DNA from: a virus
Lineage: Duplodnaviria; Caudoviricetes
Length of the DNA stretch: 51,902 bases
Virus record (IMG/VR): IMGVR_UViG_3300003886_000264
Span: 1-51,902 of that record
Direction: 5' to 3' (one strand)
Part shown: positions 9,348-19,430 of the stretch, one piece after another
How the letters are laid out: each line of letters starts with the position of its first letter
How positions within the stretch are numbered: position 1 is the first letter of the stretch
Program-made: the position numbers and the translations under genes
The notes under the pieces: model-generated
Seen by the model: only the letters and a program-made list of their open reading frames with translations
What the model was told of the DNA's origin: nothing
Databases searched by the model: none

Positions 9348-11875
9348 TGGTGTACTCCTAATTGTAATCCAGTATTCATACCTATTCCAGTTTTGTTTGG
9401 CTGTACTATTTGACCTGGAGCTCTATCAGGGACAGAGTAAGTATATCCAAGTTCACGTACCCAAGCACCAACGGCAGGTATCTTTAATTTAATTTTTATC
9501 TTTCCATATACTAATAACTGAGGAGCAAGTACTAAATCCGTAAAGTTATTCGGGAACATCTTTATTGGAAGATATGTATTCCCATCAGCAATTATCGTAT
9601 ATTCAAAAACTCCAGAAGAACGTTTATTCCAAGCAACATAAAGTTCTTGTAATACTTTTAACTCATGTTCTGGAGCAGGCATTGGGTAACGGTCAACTAC
9701 TAAAGTATTAGATGAATAATGAGTAACAATATACCCTGTAAGTGTACTACCCACACCACCACTAAAGTCAATTTTATACATCTTCTTATCATCTCCCAAG
9801 ACATATAAATCATTATCTACATTACCAATAAAGTTAATAATTGCAAAGTCGTATTTATACTTTTTCCACTTATTAAAATCAAGTTCGTATATCATAACTT
9901 CTCTATTCGGGAAAGCTATCCATATTTCCTTTTTAGCTTTATTAAAGAAAAGAACAGCTTTATCTTTATTAGCACGAGCAAGCCAATAATTTTTATGAGT
10001 TGCCTTTACAACGTCTCTTGGTTCTCGTCGTCCGCCTGGACTTAGATACAATCCTTCTTCATTAAACCAAGCTAAAACGGTGGCTTCCGGCTGTCCTTCT
10101 AAGTCCGACAACATTGCCTTTGAACCAATAACAGACTGTCCACCGTTTATAGCTTTTAATATTCGTAAGATAACTCCTCGCCCACCCTGTATAAAATATA
10201 CATAAGCTTTACGTCTTGTTCCAATAGCAAGTTCATCTTGAGATGTTACAGATACAGTATAGTTTTTCTCAGACTTAAAAGTCTCAAAAAAGCCATATTG
10301 ATTCTCTATACTAAATGGGAAGCTATCCGCTTGACCTCTCCCTGTGCCTGATATATGAGAATGGTAAACTCTCATATCGCCCTTGACATAATAAGAACGA
10401 GCTTTATGATATGCTTCTGAAAAAATAGTATCTCCAATTACATTCGTATCTTCATCAACAGTGAGTACTCGCACATCGCCTTTAAGTCCATAATTAAAAA
10501 TAAGTGAAGTTGTAGTTTCTTTTTTCGATATAGTCTTTGAAATTATGCCAGCATCTGCCGTCCAATCTTTCCCATCTACATCAACGCTTGCATGAAGTGT
10601 TTGTACACCTCCACCAGTAGGAACTTTATAAATTTCATAAGCAACTACACGCCAATCAATTTCTTTTATATCAATAGATAAAGTAAAAGAACTAAGATAA
10701 CCATTCTGTAAAGCTGCTCTCTGCCCATCAACATATTTTGCAACAACTGTAGTATCTAACTCTTCTGAAGTTTCAGCCCAAGATAAAGTATCAATATTAA
10801 CTCTATTAAAACTAAACTCATCTGGTAAACTGACAGGATTTCTAAAAGGGTCAACGTCCCAACCTGTAATACTATTAGGTCTTTGTCTTATGTCAAAACT
10901 TGTAGCTCCAACTATCCTTGCCTCAATAGAAAACTTTTGCCAAGTTCCCTCAGTGGCAATCTCAATCTCTTCTTGTAAAGCTGCTAAACCACTAACAATT
11001 ACCCACACTCCAACAAAAGCTGACTTACCAATATCTGTTCTTGCCCAAAAAGTGCATACCTTTGGGTTGGCAGGTATCATACTAAAAGAGTAATATGGTG
11101 AAGATTGAGTACCACCCGCAACAGCCCATAAAGTACCAGCCGAAGGAGCCCCTTGCACTGATTGAGCACCATCATTAAAGTATGTACCGTCATTAGTAAA
11201 CGGCTTTACTAAGGTTGACGCAGTGGGGAAGGTTACACTATAAAAATAAGTTCCATCTTCAAAATCTTCAACATCTCCTTCAGCCCATTGATAAGTTAAA
11301 TCTTCGTCATAAGTCCACCCTAACCATCTTGGAAATAAATACCAACCTTCTGCTCTATCAATTATAGTGTCAATATAACTTCTTTTCTTTAAGTAAATCA
11401 ATGTAAAGTTACCCATCACTAATTTGTTAAGTGAAGAATAGTTAAGTACAGTATTCAAATTAACTTTAAGCTGATTCTCTGCAAGAGAAAATACTATATT
11501 AGAAGGTTTATTCGTAAAAGTTATATTGCTATTTTGTTCGTCAGGATTAAGTTCATAAACAGAGGTATCATCCTTGACAATAAATTTAATCAGATGCCCT
11601 GAAGATTGCTTATACAGAACATAAAAGAAAACATCACCTCTCTTCTCGTGATTAAAATATTGCAAAGCTAAAATTTCATATCCCCCTGTAATATAAGTAT
11701 CCACCGAAGAAGGATGAGCTACAACCACTGGTTTAACAGCATTCTTCATAAAAGCATTCTCAAAGTCAATATTCTCACAGTCGCTAACAAAAGAATCCTT
11801 TACATTAACTCCATCAACATCGGTCTCCGGAATCCAACCTTGTATATCTTCGTATCTTTTTACAGGATAAACCAT
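9344..11875 (-). CDS. Putative tail nozzle/tubular protein (beta-propeller) with inserted carbohydrate-binding-like domain
   Basis: Start MVYPVK at 11875; about 843 aa, beta-rich. C-terminal pattern (EVMIYELDFNKWKKY...LKVLQELYV...GKIKIKLK) resembles P22 gp10/T7 gp12-type nozzles. Follows the adaptor genes. Confidence 0.65.
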   Translation of the reverse strand: MVYPVKRYEDIQGWIPETDVDGVNVKDSFVSDCENIDFENAFMKNAVKPVVVAHPSSVDTYITGGYEILALQYFNHEKRGDVFFYVLYKQSSGHLIKFIVKDDTSVYELNPDEQNSNITFTNKPSNIVFSLAENQLKVNLNTVLNYSSLNKLVMGNFTLIYLKKRSYIDTIIDRAEGWYLFPRWLGWTYDEDLTYQWAEGDVEDFEDGTYFYSVTFPTASTLVKPFTNDGTYFNDGAQSVQGAPSAGTLWAVAGGTQSSPYYSFSMIPANPKVCTFWARTDIGKSAFVGVWVIVSGLAALQEEIEIATEGTWQKFSIEARIVGATSFDIRQRPNSITGWDVDPFRNPVSLPDEFSFNRVNIDTLSWAETSEELDTTVVAKYVDGQRAALQNGYLSSFTLSIDIKEIDWRVVAYEIYKVPTGGGVQTLHASVDVDGKDWTADAGIISKTISKKETTTSLIFNYGLKGDVRVLTVDEDTNVIGDTIFSEAYHKARSYYVKGDMRVYHSHISGTGRGQADSFPFSIENQYGFFETFKSEKNYTVSVTSQDELAIGTRRKAYVYFIQGGRGVILRILKAINGGQSVIGSKAMLSDLEGQPEATVLAWFNEEGLYLSPGGRREPRDVVKATHKNYWLARANKDKAVLFFNKAKKEIWIAFPNREVMIYELDFNKWKKYKYDFAIINFIGNVDNDLYVLGDDKKMYKIDFSGGVGSTLTGYIVTHYSSNTLVVDRYPMPAPEHELKVLQELYVAWNKRSSGVFEYTIIADGNTYLPIKMFPNNFTDLVLAPQLLVYGKIKIKLKIPAVGAWVRELGYTYSVPDRAPGQIVQPNKTGIGMNTGLQLGVHQ

Positions 11876-11876
11876 A

Positions 11877-13019
11877 TTATACTCTAAGCATATCTGTATC
11901 GTTAAGAAAATCAAATGCCTCTATAATTACCGTAGTACTTCGTGATTTTGTAAACTCTACCCAATCCTGCATTCTTTTATTAAATTCAGACTTATAATCA
12001 CGAATAGACAAATTTAAAGCAGCTAATGTTACATCAGTTTGAGTTGTCTTCGACTCTAAAAGTTTTCTTCTAAGCCCTCTCCAAGTAGCTCCAGCAACAA
12101 GAATATCACTAAACGCCTCTAACGCTGCATTAAATGTTCCCTCATCAATATTAAGTACCGGTAATGAAGAGTATATAAGCGTTACCTTACCCTTTATAGC
12201 TGGCTTCCACCATAGGGTAACTTTATCAGGGTCAGGAAGAAAAAGATAACCAATTGCTCTATCATAAAGAAGATTTTCTCTTGTAACATACCGTTCTTTC
12301 GGGTCTGTAACCTGACTTGTTATACCTTGAGGGTCAGTAAAACGAAATGGTATCCAAGCTTCATATTCACTAAGCCGAATCTCTGAACTGGCTAACTCTC
12401 TATTACTTTGAGAAGTAAATATAATACGAAGAGGAATTATCGCATCTGAAGGTAATACTAAAGATTTTTTTGCAAAGGTAAAAGTCAGAGTCTGGAGATT
12501 TATTGAAGTATCGTTACTCTTGCTAATTGTAATAGTAACGATAAAGTTACATTGGTCTGTAAGACCAGGAGTAAAAGTATAGTCTCCATCAGAAACAATA
12601 TTCTGACTTTGAGTGAATAGGTTCTCTCCAAGTTGATTATCTATTGATATACTTATAGTCGGAGGTGGTGAAGCACTACTAATTCGTCTTAAAGCCACAA
12701 CGATTGTATCCATATCGTTTAAGCTATTAACATACAAAACTGTCCCATCAACATTAAAGACAAGTTCTCCACCAGTGATTTGTGTACTTGGAAGACTTGT
12801 AGTTAAACCTGTTATAAGAGTAGTATCAACAAAGTCCTCAATAATATCTTTTGTAGTATTAAATTCTTCACAATATGATTTCTGAGGAAATTTTGTCTTG
12901 CCATACATTATCTTTAAAGTGTTTTTAAAGTCAGTTCTGGCTTTTCGCATATCTGCAGCTTTATAATCATCAACCCCAAGATTATCAAGATATTCTTTAA
13001 GAAGTTCTTTGTATTCCAA
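11877..13019 (-). CDS. Putative head-tail adaptor/ring protein with inserted beta domain
   Basis: LPSDAIIPLRI, LWWKPA..VTLIY and FSDILVAGATWR match the usual adaptor pattern (LP.D / ..P / ..LV.GA). Synteny fits. Confidence 0.6.
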   Translation of the reverse strand: MEYKELLKEYLDNLGVDDYKAADMRKARTDFKNTLKIMYGKTKFPQKSYCEEFNTTKDIIEDFVDTTLITGLTTSLPSTQITGGELVFNVDGTVLYVNSLNDMDTIVVALRRISSASPPPTISISIDNQLGENLFTQSQNIVSDGDYTFTPGLTDQCNFIVTITISKSNDTSINLQTLTFTFAKKSLVLPSDAIIPLRIIFTSQSNRELASSEIRLSEYEAWIPFRFTDPQGITSQVTDPKERYVTRENLLYDRAIGYLFLPDPDKVTLWWKPAIKGKVTLIYSSLPVLNIDEGTFNAALEAFSDILVAGATWRGLRRKLLESKTTQTDVTLAALNLSIRDYKSEFNKRMQDWVEFTKSRSTTVIIEAFDFLNDTDMLRV

Positions 13020-13689
13020 CTTTTAACTCCGCTAACTTATTGTTAATAGTTTCCGTAAGTTCCTTTACCATTGCAGGACTATGCTCTCTTCTTCGAGCTT
13101 CTCTTTCTATATAGTCCCACAATAAGTCATCAACATCATAAAGCGGTAATTGTTCTATTGAGGTCAGCTCCATTATATCAGTATAAGGAAAACGATATAT
13201 TGCTTCACCTGTAATATCTTTCGTCTCAATTGGTAAGGTTAATATTAGCTTTTTCTTATTACTCTCATCCCATATAATAGAATAAAATCTTCCTTCTATT
13301 TCAGCACTACCACTAAAAGTTTGCGTGTCATAATAACGTGCATAGAACTTCTCTGGGTCTTGCCATTCATATATATGCTTAGGGTTTGACCCACGAAGTG
13401 CGATAATATTAGTAGTAGCAATGCTGTCAAAGTCAGCAATTAGCCCTGTATCTTTCTCAATGGTAATTGCTTTCCTACGATATACTGTAGCTTCATCAAC
13501 TAACTCCCGCAATTTCAATGCTCTAAAAGTGCGTAGCATCTCTAAGATTGCTCCCTTACAAATGCTAAGCATTTCTGAAGCAGGATATCTGATACCATCT
13601 TTTGTAGCATCAGTAATAAGAGAGCCGTCTCTGGCACGTATGTCCCAAAGACGACCTCTTGAACTAAGGACTAATTCTGGAAAAGTCAT
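12997..13689 (-). CDS. Putative head-tail adaptor protein
   Basis: MTFPELVLSSRGRLWD start and LPLYDVDDLLWDY near the end are typical adaptor termini. Synteny fits. Confidence 0.6.
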   Translation of the reverse strand: MTFPELVLSSRGRLWDIRARDGSLITDATKDGIRYPASEMLSICKGAILEMLRTFRALKLRELVDEATVYRRKAITIEKDTGLIADFDSIATTNIIALRGSNPKHIYEWQDPEKFYARYYDTQTFSGSAEIEGRFYSIIWDESNKKKLILTLPIETKDITGEAIYRFPYTDIMELTSIEQLPLYDVDDLLWDYIEREARRREHSPAMVKELTETINNKLAELKVGIQRTS

Positions 13690-14015
13690 TATGTATCGTA
13701 CACTATATATGCTTTAACATTAGTGGTAATAGCCGACAGAGTTAACTTTCTACCAGTAATAATCGAGCCGCCTATATCAGCTTCAACATAAGGTATTGTA
13801 ACACCAAGATGATTAGTAAAGTGTGCATACAATATTTTAGCCGAACCTTCAAAAGTGAAAGCCAGATCATTGCCAGAAGTAAAGTCAACGCCTTTGACTA
13901 ACTCTTCACAATAAACTCCGTGTCCTTTAACAAAGGGTGGAAATGGTGAAGGGAGGTTCATAAGAACCCCCGTATCATCATTTATAACACCACTTCTAAT
14001 TGTTTCTACTGCCAT
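13689..14015 (-). CDS. Small virion structural protein
   Basis: 108 aa, beta-rich, GGAAGGAG RBS, in the capsid operon. Confidence 0.55.
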   Translation of the reverse strand: MAVETIRSGVINDDTGVLMNLPSPFPPFVKGHGVYCEELVKGVDFTSGNDLAFTFEGSAKILYAHFTNHLGVTIPYVEADIGGSIITGRKLTLSAITTNVKAYIVYDT

Positions 14016-14033
14016 TTGTTTATTTCTCCTTCC

Positions 14034-14387
14034 TTACGCATCAATAGGAAGCATTCTTCCTACCAACATAAAACTAATTGTAAGATTGTCAGTAGCAGTA
14101 GCATCTGACGAGTGCATAGTAATATCAACACTATTAGCAGTTGAACTTAATGCAGCCGAGAAAGCTAATATCTCGTTATTGCCAGCACCTTTAGTTCCAA
14201 GTGGTATGATACCCCACACTTCGCCCAAGCCCTTCCCTATTTTAGAGAGAATAGCAGTAACCTTAACTCCTGCAACCATTGAACCCATTGCAACATCTCG
14301 ATGAATCTCTTGTACAGCAGGAGCTTCACCTCGAATGTTAGGGTCATAGGAAGAGTCATTAAACGGAAAGATACCTTCAAGTACCAA
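14034..14387 (-). CDS. Putative capsid decoration/cement protein
   Basis: Directly downstream of the major capsid gene; AGGAG RBS, TTG start, beta-rich 117 aa. Confidence 0.5.
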   Translation of the reverse strand: MVLEGIFPFNDSSYDPNIRGEAPAVQEIHRDVAMGSMVAGVKVTAILSKIGKGLGEVWGIIPLGTKGAGNNEILAFSAALSSTANSVDITMHSSDATATDNLTISFMLVGRMLPIDA

Positions 14388-14428
14388 TTTAGACTCCTAA
14401 ATAATTTAATTTATATACAAGTTAATTA

Positions 14429-15820
14429 TTAGTTATTAGGTTTTGCAGCACCAACTACTCTAAAGTTAGTATCAAGTAACCTTCTAACCATACCCCAAGC
14501 ACCATATAACTCTCTCCATTTGCCTTTGAAACCTTCATTCGATTTGTAAGATTTCGCATCATCTGGCTGGTCATTGAAAGGTACTTTGTGAGCTATTTGC
14601 CAGTTACCAAACCTATTCTTCTGATTATAATTATATTCAGATAAGTTTAATGCCAGCACTTCATTCTGCATACCAAGTTCATTAAGAATAGGAGCAGTAA
14701 CGTGATGAACAACCATATCTCTTCCAACAGACTCTAAAGTCATAATCTTCATTCTGTAATTGACAGAAAGTTGAGCGTTGGTATAGTATGTTGACTTATT
14801 CTCATAAGCATTAGCTAATTGTTCAGAGAAATGTGTTCCCGAGAACCACCACATCTCTTTAACACCGGAGATGTCAGCTTGGCGTCTGACTAAGTTATTA
14901 ATCCTTTGTACTGTAGGTACTTTGCCAGCCAAGTCCTGGTAATGGTCTGTGTCAGGATAAATAGTTTCAAGTACACCCCCTGTCTCGTATTCCAAATCAC
15001 CTGAGACTTTTTTCTTAGATTTTCTTGCTGTGAGAATTGCTCTCTCCATTGCCTTCATTAGAAAGGTCTCGGCAAGCTGGTAAGAAATATTAAGATACTC
15101 AGTACCTTTCGCAAGATAAGTCTCAATACCCCCACCCTGAACCATGTGCTCGCCTAATCCATAAGACATTCTGGTAATCTGGATATAGTTCTCAAGAAAA
15201 TCAGAATTCTTATTTATAGGTGGCTTTGGAAAATCATTTGCTCTTGCAACAAGATTACTCACAGTAAGAGTCATTGCAGTTGTAATAGCAGGAGCAGTAT
15301 TAGCATAAGTGTCAGCAGGATGTGCCCTTCTAACAGTTATAATTCTAAAACCAGTACCGCCACTATCTTCATTACCAATTGTGATTACTCTAACCTCTTC
15401 CGGAAGAACAATCCCATTCGCAATATTCATAGCAGTTGCCATATCATTACTTGCATTTGATACAGTAAATTTGCACCAGATACCATCTACGTGCAAACGT
15501 GTAGAAGTATTAAGTAAAGTGCCAACATCATTAGTTACTTTAAACTTAGTATTCGTTGCGTCAGTTGAATTCGATGCTTCAGAAAGCACAAATTGATAAT
15601 CAAGTTCATCAAATTCTGGATAACGAAACTCCCAATCAGTAATATCAGATGCAGGGACAGAACCAAACTTCTCGGATATGACCTTTAACAACGTAATCGT
15701 GTTAATCTGTCTTAGTGCCCAAAAACGGAAGAATTCCTTGTTCTGTGCATATATACGCAGTCTATCTTGGACATTAGAAAGGTCATATAAACCTTTTATA
15801 GTTTGACCATCAGCGTTCAT
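14429..15820 (-). CDS. Major capsid protein (HK97 fold, SU10/DUF5309-like, with E-loop insertion)
   Basis: Follows portal and scaffold. Motifs ENYIQITR, MERAIL and ETGGVL match the N..QI / ERA.L / TGG pattern of this capsid family; 463 aa. Confidence 0.85.
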   Translation of the reverse strand: MNADGQTIKGLYDLSNVQDRLRIYAQNKEFFRFWALRQINTITLLKVISEKFGSVPASDITDWEFRYPEFDELDYQFVLSEASNSTDATNTKFKVTNDVGTLLNTSTRLHVDGIWCKFTVSNASNDMATAMNIANGIVLPEEVRVITIGNEDSGGTGFRIITVRRAHPADTYANTAPAITTAMTLTVSNLVARANDFPKPPINKNSDFLENYIQITRMSYGLGEHMVQGGGIETYLAKGTEYLNISYQLAETFLMKAMERAILTARKSKKKVSGDLEYETGGVLETIYPDTDHYQDLAGKVPTVQRINNLVRRQADISGVKEMWWFSGTHFSEQLANAYENKSTYYTNAQLSVNYRMKIMTLESVGRDMVVHHVTAPILNELGMQNEVLALNLSEYNYNQKNRFGNWQIAHKVPFNDQPDDAKSYKSNEGFKGKWRELYGAWGMVRRLLDTNFRVVGAAKPNN

Positions 15821-15836
15821 TTAAGTTAAATTCCTT

Positions 15837-17111
15837 TCAGTTATTAAGCGTATCTTCAACGCTTGTGAGCATAGGAGAAAACTCAGATAATTGAATCTTT
15901 ATTGGTTTCTCATCTTTACTACGCTCTGCTTTTTTAATAGTAGTAATATCGGTAGGTAAGTCATTCCCTTTAGGGAAAGTTACGCCCATATCTTTTAATT
16001 GTGCTTTGAGGTCAGCAATTGCTTTGTCTGTATCTATCTTAGATAAAGCTTCGTAATTATAACCTCTCATAATATAGCGTAATGATAACGGATGGTCTTC
16101 GGGTTTCAACTCTCCCTTTGCTATCTTTTCTGGTATAGCGTTAAGGATTTGCATCATCTCTTCAACCTTCTCCATATTACCATCAAGATACTTCTCGGCA
16201 TACCACTTCTTATCTTCTTTTTGTCGAGCTTGTATCAAATCAACTGTCTCTTTCTCTTTTACTTTTAACGTAGCATCTGCATTGTCAAACTCATCTTCTT
16301 TTACCTCTAAACCTTTTCTAAAGGCATAAGAGGAAGACTCGGGGTCGTCCCACGCAGCTTCTTTATCAAACTTAAAAGTTCCTTCATCCAACCCGAAATC
16401 CTTCTCTATCTTAGGTCGTAATTCACTCTGTATGTATTGCTTTAAACGAGCATTACGAGAAGCAGTAGAACCACCACCCATTTGAGTAAGAAGTGTGTTG
16501 TTGTCAGGAAGACTATACTTTTCCCGATACTTTTCGATAGTACCAGCAAAGTCTTTTCTAATTCCTTTTAAGAATTCAGCAGCTTCGGGGTTGCCTCCAC
16601 CGTCTTTTTGAAGAGTTTGTAATTGAGACTGAGTTGTTGTTAAGTCAGCTGTTAACTTTTCAATTTCTTTAGTTTTTGATAGCAAAGAAATATTTAACTC
16701 CTCTGCTTTTGACCTTATATTCTTATCATCTAATTCATCAAACTTATTATCGGACTCCCCATTACTACCGTCCTCATTGCTTCCGGCTGTATCATTTTCT
16801 CCTCCTTTATCCCCTCCCTTGTCTCCAGTCCCTTTTTCGTCTCCAGTATTGTCAAGGAGCTTTTTAATATCTTCAGTTTTTTCGCTCTTGGTATCAGTGT
16901 CCGTAGATGTATCTGCATTACCACCTGCGTCTGCTTTAGTGCCTTTCTCTTTATCATCTTTATTATCTCCTTTATCATCTTCTAAAAAATCGGTTAAAGT
17001 TGAGTATAACCCACTGTCTTTATGAGCATCTGCAGGTTTTTCTTCATAAGACGGAACTGTTTCAAGTTCTTGCTCTGACCCATCTTTGTTTTCGATAATT
17101 ACTTTTGCCAT
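15837..17111 (-). CDS. Putative capsid scaffolding protein
   Basis: Acidic low-complexity N-terminal half, coiled coil, between portal and capsid genes. Confidence 0.75.
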   Translation of the reverse strand: MAKVIIENKDGSEQELETVPSYEEKPADAHKDSGLYSTLTDFLEDDKGDNKDDKEKGTKADAGGNADTSTDTDTKSEKTEDIKKLLDNTGDEKGTGDKGGDKGGENDTAGSNEDGSNGESDNKFDELDDKNIRSKAEELNISLLSKTKEIEKLTADLTTTQSQLQTLQKDGGGNPEAAEFLKGIRKDFAGTIEKYREKYSLPDNNTLLTQMGGGSTASRNARLKQYIQSELRPKIEKDFGLDEGTFKFDKEAAWDDPESSSYAFRKGLEVKEDEFDNADATLKVKEKETVDLIQARQKEDKKWYAEKYLDGNMEKVEEMMQILNAIPEKIAKGELKPEDHPLSLRYIMRGYNYEALSKIDTDKAIADLKAQLKDMGVTFPKGNDLPTDITTIKKAERSKDEKPIKIQLSEFSPMLTSVEDTLNN

Positions 17112-17127
17112 TTTTTGGTCTCCTTGT

Positions 17128-19158
17128 TTATAATACTTCTTGTCCAGCTGATTGATTTACATAATCAGTAGGATTACTTTTAAACTTTTCTAACTCTACC
17201 TTTAAGTCTCCCCTAACTTGCGCAGCTGAAAGATTAACAGATAACTGCTCTATCTGTCTCATATTTACTTTACTTCGTCTATCAAGTTCCTCAACACGAG
17301 TATTCAATTGTTGATTCTCGGATTTTAATTGCTGGTTCTCATCCATCTCTTTAATTATATCGTCAGCATCTTTAAGATTTATTCGCTTAATAACTGCTTT
17401 CGCTAACTGCGGAATCCCTAACTGCGTAGCAAGTAATGTAAGCAATGAAGCTTCTGTAGCTGATTCATAACCAGAAGAACCACGAGAGACAAAACGAACA
17501 GACCTAAAACCTTTCCGTAAATCAGTTCCAGGTATAACGAAAGCATATGGTTTCTCTTCACCACCCACTTGACTTTTCCCTATCTCAAGTTGATTATAAG
17601 TAACTGTTTGGTCTTTGCCATCTTCAGGTTTGAATAAAGTTGTAAATCCATTTAAAGGCGCATATTCTTTATAATACTCAGCACCAACTTCTCCAAGTAC
17701 ACTCAAGGTCGCATCTGCTGCAGCCATACGTCTTTTAATCTTCATACCGCCAGCAGACTGTAATGATGCTAAGGTTGAGAATACATCAGGAGCATTCGAA
17801 GCATCTCCCATCATAGTACTGTAAATACCACTTATATACTCCATCATATAAACAAGCCATCTTGGAAATTGTAACCAAGCATCAGTCATTGGTTTTGCTT
17901 CTACGATTTGAGGTGGTACACTACTTCCTGGAGTCATTAACTCATACTCTAAAACAGCACCTGGCATACTTGCATTGCTAACCCACTGATTGTAATTGAT
18001 TAAAGAATCTTTCTCTGCTATAATCCTTGTTGAATTAAGTAAAGAATTATTAAGTATTGCAGACATTACAAAGCGATTAACAGCTCTTTGAAGTGGATAT
18101 ATATGCCACATCCTTGAATAAGGGTATGGAGTTCCTCTATGGTCATATATCATAGGTACTATATTATACTGAGTAACAGGATAAACTTGTCTGTAACCAA
18201 GATTACCAATAGAGGTATATTCGCTAAGGAAAAACCTTCTTTGTGTATCTATTCTTATGAGACCCTCAGCTTCCATCCTCTCCATAGCTTCTGTCTTATG
18301 CAAAAAAGTACGATAGTCAAGCTGAGGAGCTTCGTTAGTCTTATTTATATCACCAGATGAGTTAGGGCTTACAATATATACAGTTTCTTCCTCTAATGAA
18401 TACCGGACACAGAAGAAAGGCATATCTTTAAGTTTACCAGTTCTCCTATTATAGGTAGAGTCTTCTTGAACATTAGACTCATTCATACCACCTTTTAACC
18501 AGTAATCTTCAAACTGTCTTTCTGTTACATCTGGCTCAATAGATTTAAGAAAGCGATAAGCATATTTCTTGCTTACAGGCATAGCATAAATCATATTATC
18601 CATATCTCTATAAAGCGGGTCAGTTGAAGATGGGTCTCCATAAAAGTACCGCCAGGGAAGATGTGAAAACTCTACATTAAATTCTCCGAACTCTCTCTTA
18701 GGTCGTGCAAACAGAAGTCCGTGTCCTACATTAGTATAATCTTGTACTGCCTTATCAAACTGTAAATTACCCAAAGAATCATACCAAGCTTTTTCAAGCA
18801 AAGTAGTATAAATACTGGAAACTTGTCTGGAAATTTGCTCTCTTTCAGGGTCATAAGGGAAAGAAATAGGAGCAACATAAATAGAGGGTTTTGCACTTAA
18901 CATTAGTGCATCAGCCGTATCACAAATAGCAGTACTCGCTGATATAGGCAGAGGGGCTTGTCTAAAGCGTAATATCATTTCTTCTTCAGCTTGACTATAC
19001 TGGATGCCATATCTTGCATCCTCCATCTTCATAGCTGTTTTACGCCAAATGTAAGCGTGAGTGTTATAATCAGTATAAACTTTAAAATTTTCTGTGGCTA
19101 CTTCAGTTTTCCACACTTTTCTTCGTCCAGAGAAGAAGCCTTCTTCAGGTAATGGCAT
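17128..19158 (-). CDS. Portal protein (P22/podovirus-like, C-terminal coiled-coil barrel)
   Basis: 676 aa downstream of TerL. Motifs YGIQYSQAEE..RFRQAPL, YGDPSS, PLQRAVN, MEYISGIYSTMMG, plus a heptad-rich C-terminus. Confidence 0.88.
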   Translation of the reverse strand: MPLPEEGFFSGRRKVWKTEVATENFKVYTDYNTHAYIWRKTAMKMEDARYGIQYSQAEEEMILRFRQAPLPISASTAICDTADALMLSAKPSIYVAPISFPYDPEREQISRQVSSIYTTLLEKAWYDSLGNLQFDKAVQDYTNVGHGLLFARPKREFGEFNVEFSHLPWRYFYGDPSSTDPLYRDMDNMIYAMPVSKKYAYRFLKSIEPDVTERQFEDYWLKGGMNESNVQEDSTYNRRTGKLKDMPFFCVRYSLEEETVYIVSPNSSGDINKTNEAPQLDYRTFLHKTEAMERMEAEGLIRIDTQRRFFLSEYTSIGNLGYRQVYPVTQYNIVPMIYDHRGTPYPYSRMWHIYPLQRAVNRFVMSAILNNSLLNSTRIIAEKDSLINYNQWVSNASMPGAVLEYELMTPGSSVPPQIVEAKPMTDAWLQFPRWLVYMMEYISGIYSTMMGDASNAPDVFSTLASLQSAGGMKIKRRMAAADATLSVLGEVGAEYYKEYAPLNGFTTLFKPEDGKDQTVTYNQLEIGKSQVGGEEKPYAFVIPGTDLRKGFRSVRFVSRGSSGYESATEASLLTLLATQLGIPQLAKAVIKRINLKDADDIIKEMDENQQLKSENQQLNTRVEELDRRSKVNMRQIEQLSVNLSAAQVRGDLKVELEKFKSNPTDYVNQSAGQEVL

Positions 19159-19328
19159 TAACTATCCTTCTTCCCACCACTAAACACTGATTTCGAAGGT
19201 GCTGTACCTCCACCATAAAGAGCGGATTTTACTCCACCAGTAGGAACTTTCATTGAGTTTTTCCCACCAGAAGGAACAGATACTGGTTTTGTACCAGAAG
19301 GTATCTTAATTGACTTTGTGCCTCTCAT
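19158..19328 (-). CDS. 56-aa basic Gly/Ser/Lys-rich repeat peptide (not in ORF track)
   Basis: MRGTKSIKIPSGTKPVSVPSGGKNSMKVPTGGVKSALYGGGTAPSKSVFSGGKKDS. Its stop overlaps the portal ATG (TAATG); first gene after the promoter at 19369-19397. Confidence 0.75.
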   Translation of the reverse strand: MRGTKSIKIPSGTKPVSVPSGGKNSMKVPTGGVKSALYGGGTAPSKSVFSGGKKDS

Positions 19329-19368
19329 TGTCTTGCCTATTTACTTAATTAAAAAAAATTCGGAAGCT

Positions 19369-19397
19369 AATATAATGATAAAAAAACAAAAAGTCAA
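19369..19397 (-). promoter_or_regulatory. sigma70-type promoter for the portal/capsid operon
   Basis: TTGACT-N17-TATATT on the minus strand, intergenic between TerL and the 56-aa ORF. Confidence 0.7.
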
Positions 19398-19430
19398 GTA
19401 AAGATGCCTCTGACTTAAACTTTATTTTTT

